From contig JBDHDE010000067.1 in NCBI GenBank assembly GCA_039591655.1, forward strand, positions 1 through 12,828: a stretch of 12,828 nt of DNA. Reading direction: 5' to 3'. Below, in pieces: positions 7,517-12,828 of this stretch. The DNA is from Gemmatimonadota bacterium. Lineage in GTDB: Bacteria; Gemmatimonadota; Gemmatimonadetes; Gemmatimonadales; GWC2-71-9. Numbering within the stretch: the stretch's first letter is position 1; each line of letters opens with the position of its first letter. The notes beneath the pieces were generated by a model that was not told where the DNA came from, ran no database searches, and was given only the letters and a program-made list of their open reading frames with translations. A program made the position numbers and the translations under genes.

Positions 7517-7579
7517 CTAGAGCCAGCGCGTGAACGTGAACCGCAGCCGCCAGTTCGTCAACCGGAACGCGTGTAGGAA
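7517..7579 (-). pseudogene. Possible 3' remnant of a deleted gene (outer-membrane beta-barrel-like C-terminal strand)
   Basis: The frame reads *FLHAFRLTNWRLRFTFTRWL*. 19 of 20 codons end in G/C, the tail alternates hydrophobic and polar residues, there is no ATG or SD, and a hairpin follows the stop. Confidence 0.4.
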
Positions 7580-7621
7580 TTAGCCGGGGTTCGGGCGCCC
7601 CTCAAGGCACTGTGCGCGGCT

Positions 7622-8461
7622 TCAATCTCTCCCGGCGGCCGCCGGAGCGAACAGCGCCCTCCCGAGCTCCTCGCGACCGAAGTTCCCGATCGCCCCCTGC
7701 GTCGCCCCGGACAGGAGATAGTCGAGCAGGGCACGCGCCCCCTCTGAGTTGAGCCAGGCGAAGCGCGCGGGATTCGCCAGCACCACGTGGTACGGATTGG
7801 CGAGCAGCGAATCGCCCTCTACCAGGATCTCGAGATCCAGCGGGTACTTGTGGCTGAGGAAGGTGGCGATGTCGCTGAGCGTGTACGCCTGGAGCTGATT
7901 GGCGATCTGGAGCGTAGCGCTCATGCCCTGGCCCGATTCCCGGTACCACACGCCGACGCGCTCCTCGCCCGCCAGACTCCACAGGTCGCGCTCCTTGAAG
8001 TGCGTCCCCGACCGATCCGCCCGGGAGACAAACAGGGCGCCGTGTCGCGCCACCGCGCCCAATGCCGCCAGCGCCGGCTGCCCCCTCGCGCCGGCAGGGT
8101 CATCGGCGGGCCCCACCAGCACGAACTCGTTGCGCATCAGGGAGTGGCGCGCCGCACCGTAGCCCTGCCGCACGAACTCCAGCTCCTCCTCGGGGGCGTG
8201 CACGATCAGCAGGTCCGCCTCCCCGAGGCGCCCCAGGGCCATCGCCTGGCCACTTCCCACCGCGATCACCTTGATGCGATACCCTGTGGCCCGCTCGAAC
8301 GGAGGAAGCAGGACTTCCAGCAGCCCTGCGTCCCGCACCGACGTGGTGGTGGCAAGCACGATCTCACGGTCCGCGGGGGTCTGGGCGGTCAGGGGGGCGG
8401 TGCCGGGTGCGAGGAGGGCTCCTGCGCACAGCAATGAGACGGGCACTCGTCCCGCGATCAC
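7622..8461 (-). CDS. tupA: Tungstate ABC transporter substrate-binding protein (TupA-like)
   Basis: LATTTSVRDAGLL (TTTS signature), AVGSGQAM..G..GEAD...VHAP..E, M.NEFVLVGP.DDPAG, FVSRADRSGTHFKE, Y.ESGQGM, AYTLSD and L.NPYHV. Start placed at GTG 8461, which gives a signal peptide. The track start at 8599 overlaps the upstream gene. Confidence 0.88.
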   Translation of the reverse strand: MIAGRVPVSLLCAGALLAPGTAPLTAQTPADREIVLATTTSVRDAGLLEVLLPPFERATGYRIKVIAVGSGQAMALGRLGEADLLIVHAPEEELEFVRQGYGAARHSLMRNEFVLVGPADDPAGARGQPALAALGAVARHGALFVSRADRSGTHFKERDLWSLAGEERVGVWYRESGQGMSATLQIANQLQAYTLSDIATFLSHKYPLDLEILVEGDSLLANPYHVVLANPARFAWLNSEGARALLDYLLSGATQGAIGNFGREELGRALFAPAAAGRD

Positions 8462-8483
8462 GGTAGTCTCGCGGTCTCGCTCG

Positions 8484-9056
8484 CTACGGATCGACTGCAC
8501 CCGTCGGGGGCGTGGTCCCCGGTGGCGCCGAATCCTGCGGCACTGTGACTTGCGGCCGCCCGTCGTCTGACACACCGCCGATCCACCGCCCGAGAGCAAC
8601 CGAGATGGCGATCAGCACGATGATGAGGAGTGCCCTCAGCAGTTGCCGCTTGAGGTCCGGCGCGAAGCGCTGTTTCAGGTCGGCCACTTCCTGGCGCAGC
8701 TTGTTCTTCTCCGCGGCCTTCTCGACGACCTGCACCAGGTGAGACATCTCCACGGGCTTCGTCAGGAAGTTTTCCGCCCCGCTCCGCATCGCCTCCACCG
8801 CCGCCTCGATCTCGCCGTATGCCGTCAGCATGATCACGGTGGCCTTCTTGCGGCGCAGCTGTTCGAGCACCTCCAGCCCGTTCATCCCCGGCATGTACAG
8901 ATCGAGCACGGTCACGTCAGGCCACACCTCGTTCCAGGTGGCGACCCCCTCCTTGCCCGACGACGCACGGTAGACCTGATAGCCGATGCGCTCGAAGTAC
9001 TCCCCCAGTGCGCGCAGGACGTCGAGGTCGTCGTCGATGAAGAGGATCTTGGGCAC
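8484..9056 (-). CDS. Response regulator receiver protein with C-terminal transmembrane helix
   Basis: KILFIDDD, phospho-acceptor VLDLYMPGMNG, IMLTAYG and FLTKP, followed by a coiled-coil linker, the hydrophobic ALLIIVLIAISVALG and a Pro/Thr-rich tail. No DNA-binding or AAA+ domain. Confidence 0.88.
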   Translation of the reverse strand: MPKILFIDDDLDVLRALGEYFERIGYQVYRASSGKEGVATWNEVWPDVTVLDLYMPGMNGLEVLEQLRRKKATVIMLTAYGEIEAAVEAMRSGAENFLTKPVEMSHLVQVVEKAAEKNKLRQEVADLKQRFAPDLKRQLLRALLIIVLIAISVALGRWIGGVSDDGRPQVTVPQDSAPPGTTPPTGAVDP

Positions 9057-9074
9057 GGACCAGAGGCTTCCTGG

Positions 9075-9890
9075 CTAGAAGAGTTCTCCCTGCTCCTGCA
9101 ACGTCTCGGGCGCCACCGGCTCCTGCCCCACCAACTGCTGAAGGTCGCGCGCGCTGTGGGGTGCGTGGCCCTGATAGTGATTGCTGAAGTAGCCGTAGAT
9201 CGTCGAAACGCGCTCGCCTAGCCTGGCGATCACGCTCCCCCAGAGTTCCAGCTCCCGTTCCCGCTCGAGCTGGGGATACGAGAAGTCCGCAAGCCGCTTC
9301 CCGGTACCCGACCACCGCACGTAGCCGAAGTCGGCCGTCGGCTCGATGGCCAACTCCGCCATCATGTCCCGCGGGATCCACCGGCCGTCCACCAACACAA
9401 GAGCTACACCCCTGGCCCGGAGGAACTCGCTGGTCGCCGGCGTCACCCATCCCGGGTGCCGGAACTCCATTGCCCAGCGGACTCCAGCCGGCAGACCTTC
9501 GAGGAACTGCTGCAGGATGGTCAGATTGCTTCGCGTGGGCCGGAAGGCCGGGCTGAGCTGCACCAGGAGCGGGCCCAGACGTTCCTCCAGCGGGCGCACT
9601 CGGTCCACGAACCGCCGCAGCACCCGCCCGGTATCCACCAGCCGCCGCTCGTGGGTGATCTCCTGCGGTACCTTGAGTGCGAACCGGAAGTCCGCGGGCA
9701 CACTGTCGTTCCAGCTCTGCACCGCGGGGTCCGGTGGCAGGCCGTAGGACGTCGACTCGATCTCCACCGTGGGGAAAGCGCGGCTGTACACGCTCAACAT
9801 CCCCGCAGGCTTGGTGCCCTGCGGGTAGAACGTGCCGACCCACGCTCCGTAATCCCATCCCTGGGTGCCGAGCAGGACGTCTGCCTTCAT
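9075..9890 (-). CDS. DUF72 (YecE-like) domain-containing protein
   Basis: GTQGWDY..W.G.FYP, F.TVEI.ST.Y..P, FRFALKVPQEITHE, LGPLLVQL.P.F, EFRH..W, YVRW and YGYFSNHYQGHAP. Confidence 0.93.
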   Translation of the reverse strand: MKADVLLGTQGWDYGAWVGTFYPQGTKPAGMLSVYSRAFPTVEIESTSYGLPPDPAVQSWNDSVPADFRFALKVPQEITHERRLVDTGRVLRRFVDRVRPLEERLGPLLVQLSPAFRPTRSNLTILQQFLEGLPAGVRWAMEFRHPGWVTPATSEFLRARGVALVLVDGRWIPRDMMAELAIEPTADFGYVRWSGTGKRLADFSYPQLERERELELWGSVIARLGERVSTIYGYFSNHYQGHAPHSARDLQQLVGQEPVAPETLQEQGELF

Positions 9891-9899
9891 CTCAGTGTC

Positions 9900-10277
9900 T
9901 CACTCTACTCTGCGCGCCCAGTACATCCGCATCTCCGTTATCTCGCCGTCCGCCGTCTCGCAAAACAGCGCCCCGCGCACGTCCACCGGCTCGCCGCTGC
10001 GGCGTCTCCGGAACGTGCACTTGAACTCCGTCGCGAACCACGGACCGGCCGCGTATACCTCGCCGCACCGGAAGGAGACCTCCGACTGCTCGAAGGGAAG
10101 ATCCTTCCAGTAGTCCGAAATCGCCCCCCGCCCCGTGATCGGTGTGGCGAAGGGCTCGGGGACGAACACGGCGTCCCCGGAAAACACTCCGGCTATTCCC
10201 GCGGCGTCGCCCTTTTCCCAGCTCTCGCCGAAGCGCTCGATCAGGATCGCGTAGCGGGTCCTCGCCTCGTCAGGCAT
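9900..10277 (-). CDS. SnoaL-like / NTF2-fold protein
   Basis: F.ESWEKGDA..IA..FS.DAVF...PF..PI.GR.AI..YW and a C-terminal G.I.EMR.YW, typical of SnoaL-like domains. Confidence 0.85.
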   Translation of the reverse strand: MPDEARTRYAILIERFGESWEKGDAAGIAGVFSGDAVFVPEPFATPITGRGAISDYWKDLPFEQSEVSFRCGEVYAAGPWFATEFKCTFRRRRSGEPVDVRGALFCETADGEITEMRMYWARRVE

Positions 10278-10315
10278 GCGGCCGCGCTCGCCGTGAGATC
10301 GCCATCGGTGAACCG

Positions 10316-10398
10316 CTACCCCGACCCGAACTCGGTCTCGTAGTCCTGCATAGCCGGGGATGCGGCTTCCAACGGTAGAACGGCGGTGGAAACGTCAT
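10316..10398 (-). pseudogene. ppa: Internally deleted inorganic pyrophosphatase remnant
   Basis: ATG 10398 gives MTFPPPFYRWKPHP (to 10357). A different frame gives AMQDYETEFGSG* (10354-10316, 11 of 12 codons ending G/C). These resemble my recollection of the N-terminus (..FP.PFYRWRPHPWHG) and C-terminus (AAM.DY..EFG) of a family I PPase subgroup. The catalytic core is absent. Confidence 0.68.
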
Positions 10399-10439
10399 CT
10401 CAGTGCGCCCGTGGCTCAGTAGCGGCGGACCCGCATACG

Positions 10440-10445
10440 TATCTT
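10440..10445 (+). promoter_or_regulatory. Putative -10 box (TATCTT) of a leaderless nucleoside hydrolase transcript
   Basis: TATCTT-AACAA-GTG-ATG with no SD. It is the same hexamer as before nadE. Confidence 0.6.
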
Positions 10446-10450
10446 AACAA

Positions 10451-11389
10451 GTGATGGCCGGCACCCAAGCAACGGTCCCGATCGTCATCGATACCGACCC
10501 GGGTATCGACGACGTAGTGGCTCTCGCCCTCGCCGCGCGTTCGCCGGAGCTCCGAGTGCAGGCGGTTACGACAACCTACGGCAACGCCACCCTGGCCGCG
10601 ACCACACGAAACGCCCGGGCGGCGCTGGAGCTGGCTGGAGCTGGCGGGACTCCCGTCCATCCGGGAGCCGACCGGCCGCTGGCGAGATCACTGGTCACGG
10701 CGCCCGAGACCCACGGTCCGACTGGAGTGGGCCACGCGCCGGTGGCTGCCGAGAGGCCGGTCACTCCCGACCCCACGGTCTTGCTGGATGTCCTCGAAGA
10801 GGTGGACTGGCCCGTGACGCTGGTGACCCTGGGGCCACTCACCAATCTGGCGCATGCGGTTGAGGTGGGCGGTGAGTTCGTGCGTCAGCGCGTGGCGCGG
10901 CACATCGGCATGTTCGGCAACATCCACGAGCGGGGGAACACGAACCGCTGGGCAGACTTCAACGCGTGGAGCGATCCCGAGGCCGCGGATCGGGTGCTCG
11001 GCGCCGGCCTGGCCACCGAGATGGTCGGCCTGGACGTAACCCGCCGAATGGAGCTCTCGGCCGGCGCCGTGGAGCACCTCGCGAGCGTATCCGATCCCCT
11101 CACGTCATGGCTGGGTCGGGCTCTCCGGTTCTACGTGCAGTTCCACCGCTCGCAGGAGCGACTCGACGGTTGCGTGGTGAACGACGTACTGCCGCTGGGT
11201 GAGCTGATCGCGCCGGGCCTTCTCACCCTGGCGGACCTCCGATTGGCGGTGGACCTTGGGGAGGGAGAGCACCGCGGGCGCACGGTGGAGCGCCCCGACG
11301 GCGTCCCCACGCGAGTGGCGCTGGAAGTGGACATCCACAGGATGCGGGAGCTGCTGGGGAGGGTGTTCGGAGACGACTGGGCAGGGTGA
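10451..11389 (+). CDS. Nucleoside hydrolase (IU-NH family)
   Basis: Ca-binding DTDPGIDD, TTTYGN, GADRPL, ETHG..G.G, TLGPLTNLA, FNAWSDPEAA..V and MVGLDVT. The start is GTG 10451 or ATG 10454. Confidence 0.93.
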   Translation: MMAGTQATVPIVIDTDPGIDDVVALALAARSPELRVQAVTTTYGNATLAATTRNARAALELAGAGGTPVHPGADRPLARSLVTAPETHGPTGVGHAPVAAERPVTPDPTVLLDVLEEVDWPVTLVTLGPLTNLAHAVEVGGEFVRQRVARHIGMFGNIHERGNTNRWADFNAWSDPEAADRVLGAGLATEMVGLDVTRRMELSAGAVEHLASVSDPLTSWLGRALRFYVQFHRSQERLDGCVVNDVLPLGELIAPGLLTLADLRLAVDLGEGEHRGRTVERPDGVPTRVALEVDIHRMRELLGRVFGDDWAG

Positions 11390-11403
11390 CCGCGGAGGGA
11401 TCC

Positions 11404-12363
11404 ATGACTGTTGGCCAGGTACGTGTTGCGGTGATGGGTGCCGGAACGGTGGGGCGTGGCTGGGCGGCGCTGTGCGCCGCTGCGGGATGGCCGGTCTCCC
11501 TGTACGACGTCGAGTCGGGCGCGCTCAAGGACGCCCAACAGGAGGTCGCGGCGCGGGCGCGGGCACTGGTCGAGCTGGAGCGCGCCGACCGGGGAAGCAC
11601 CGAGGCCGGGCTCGGACAGCTCGTCATCGCGCGCAGCATCCTCCAGGCCTGCTCGGACGTGCAATGGGTGATCGAGGCCGGCCCCGAGGATCTCCTCACC
11701 AAGCAGAAGATGTTCGCCGCCATCGAGGACGTGGCGGGATCCGCGAGGGCGGTAACCAGCTCCACCAGCGGGCTCAAGCCGGCCGACATCGCCGCCCGCT
11801 GCCGGAGAAAGGAGCGCTGCCTCGTAGCCCACCCCCTGAATCCGCCGGAGCTGGTCCCGCTGGTCGAGCTCGTCCCCAGCCCGGAGACCGAAGCCGCTCT
11901 GGTAGACCTGGTGAGGGGGTGGCTCCGCGCGTTGGGCCGCGTCCCGGTAGTGATCAGGAAGCCCGTCCCTGGAAACGTGGCCAATCGGATTGCAGCGGCG
12001 GTGTGGCGCGAGGCGATCCAACTGGTGCTCGACGGCGTGGTGGACGTGGACGATCTGGACCGCGCCGTCTCGGTAGGCCCGGCGCTGGGGTGGGCCGCGG
12101 CGGGCCCCCACCTCACCTATCACCTGGGAGCCGGTGACCGCGGTGTGTCGGGTTTCCTACAGCAGCTCCTGCAGACCTTCGAAGCGATCTGGGAGGACCT
12201 GCCCTCCTGGTCCAAGCTCGAACCGGAAGAGCAGCGCCGCCTGATCCATCTCGTGGAGCAGGCGTACGACGAGCAGGTGCAGGTCATCAAGCCGGCGAGG
12301 GATCGCCGGCTCGCCGGGATCTTGCGGGGGCTGGAGCAGGTGCGGGACTTGACAGTGCCTTGA
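11404..12363 (+). CDS. 3-hydroxyacyl-CoA dehydrogenase family, L-carnitine dehydrogenase / L-gulonate 3-dehydrogenase-like
   Basis: Rossmann motif GAGTVG.GWA, EAGPEDL..K, SSTSG, AHPLNPPELVPLVELV, ANRI.AAVWREA and GP.L.WA..GP.LTYHLG.G..G. ATG 11404 has a GGAGGG SD. The alternative GTG 11386 overlaps the upstream stop. Confidence 0.88.
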   Translation: MTVGQVRVAVMGAGTVGRGWAALCAAAGWPVSLYDVESGALKDAQQEVAARARALVELERADRGSTEAGLGQLVIARSILQACSDVQWVIEAGPEDLLTKQKMFAAIEDVAGSARAVTSSTSGLKPADIAARCRRKERCLVAHPLNPPELVPLVELVPSPETEAALVDLVRGWLRALGRVPVVIRKPVPGNVANRIAAAVWREAIQLVLDGVVDVDDLDRAVSVGPALGWAAAGPHLTYHLGAGDRGVSGFLQQLLQTFEAIWEDLPSWSKLEPEEQRRLIHLVEQAYDEQVQVIKPARDRRLAGILRGLEQVRDLTVP

Positions 12364-12389
12364 CGGTCCGGGGCCATCCTCGGTCCGTC
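12362..12389 (+). terminator. Stem-loop at the dehydrogenase stop codon
   Basis: GACGG-T-CCGGGG-CCAT-CCTCGG-T-CCGTC forms an 11-bp stem with one U-U mismatch and one G-U pair. No U tract. Confidence 0.35.
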
Positions 12390-12406
12390 GCCGGCTGGAG
12401 GCCTCA

Positions 12407-12828
12407 ATGCAAAACCGTACGTCACTCCTCGTGCTCCTCGCCTGTGCGTCGCCGGCCCAGGCCGTCGCGCAGGAGCAGGCCGCGGTCGAGCCGGGGACGC
12501 GGATACAGGTCTGGGCCGACTGCCCCACCCCGAGAACCCGGGAAGCCTGCACCCAGTATGTAGGCAGCCTTGCGGCACTCAGCGCCGACTCGCTGGTGAT
12601 GATCCTGGCAGCCGATTCCGTGCCGCACACCATAGGGTTGAACGAGATCGTAAGGCTGAAGGCCAACAGGGGACAGGGATCGGCCTGGAAACGGGGTGCG
12701 CTGTTCGGCATGCTCGGTGGAGCACTGATCGGGGGCGTGATCGGGTACGTGAGCTACCCAGAGGACGCGCCCTGCTGGTGGGACAACCCGGAACCGTGCC
12801 CGGCTCTCACCGCCTTCGCCGGCGCCGC
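12407..12828 (+). CDS. Secreted/membrane hypothetical protein with glycine zipper, partial
   Basis: Not in the ORF track because it is open to the edge. GGAGG SD, ATG 12407: MQNRTSLLVLLACASPAQAVA|QEQAAVEPGTRIQVWADC...C.QYVGSLAALSADSLVM...GALFGMLGGALIGGVIGYVSY...CWWDNPEPC. Confidence 0.85.
   Translation, partial: MQNRTSLLVLLACASPAQAVAQEQAAVEPGTRIQVWADCPTPRTREACTQYVGSLAALSADSLVMILAADSVPHTIGLNEIVRLKANRGQGSAWKRGALFGMLGGALIGGVIGYVSYPEDAPCWWDNPEPCPALTAFAGA

Noticed and set aside
7529..7541. Short tandem repeats (CGTGAA x2; GTCTCGC x2 near 8466-8480) as CRISPR or repeat elements
   Set aside because: They have only two short copies and no spacers. The first is explained by the F-T-F-T codons of the proposed remnant.
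7430..7556. ZMP/ZTP riboswitch-like words (ACTGGCG ... GGGGAG ... GTCCGCCGGGC) and a long G-U-rich stem suggesting 6S RNA or another ncRNA
   Set aside because: The spacing and stems do not fit, the downstream gene is unrelated to purine or folate metabolism, and the long pairing depends on many G-U pairs in GC-rich DNA.
7365..7622. Open frame from the TGA at 7604-7602 into the secreted protein, suggesting selenocysteine or read-through from TTG at the tupA stop
   Set aside because: The translated extension is not protein-like, ATG 7364 has a strong SD and signal peptide, and I cannot recognise a SECIS.
8462..8599. ORF-track N-terminal extensions of tupA (8599), DUF2203 (3168), thioesterase (4476) and the secreted protein (7454)
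   Set aside because: They overlap upstream genes or scars, or lack an SD. The downstream starts fit family N-termini, SD sites or signal peptides better.

Overview
GC-rich bacterial chromosomal window. Gene style suggests Gemmatimonadota, which is an inference. Most genes are housekeeping or envelope genes. The minus strand, read in the direction of transcription, carries: SnoaL/NTF2-like protein, DUF72, a receiver-domain protein with a C-terminal TM helix, an orphan TupA-like tungstate-binding protein, a secreted beta-rich protein, glutamine-dependent NAD+ synthetase (nadE), a small 3-TM protein, acyl-CoA thioesterase, patatin, DUF2203, a 4-TM protein and mlaE-mlaF-mlaD (mlaD runs off the left edge). 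The plus strand carries an atypical nucleoside hydrolase, a 3-hydroxyacyl-CoA/carnitine dehydrogenase-like enzyme and a secreted glycine-zipper protein that runs off the right edge. I found no mobile element, CRISPR array, tRNA or rRNA. The most unexpected signal is in three 'intergenic' gaps that look like deletion scars. 10316-10398 holds only the first 14 and last 12 codons of what resembles an inorganic pyrophosphatase. 4431-4498 holds only the start and end of what resembles an SRPBCC-family gene. 7517-7579 holds only a beta-barrel-like C-terminal strand, at the position where tupBC would be expected. The family assignments for these scars come from memory and need a database search. Leaderless TATCTT promoters are also visible.
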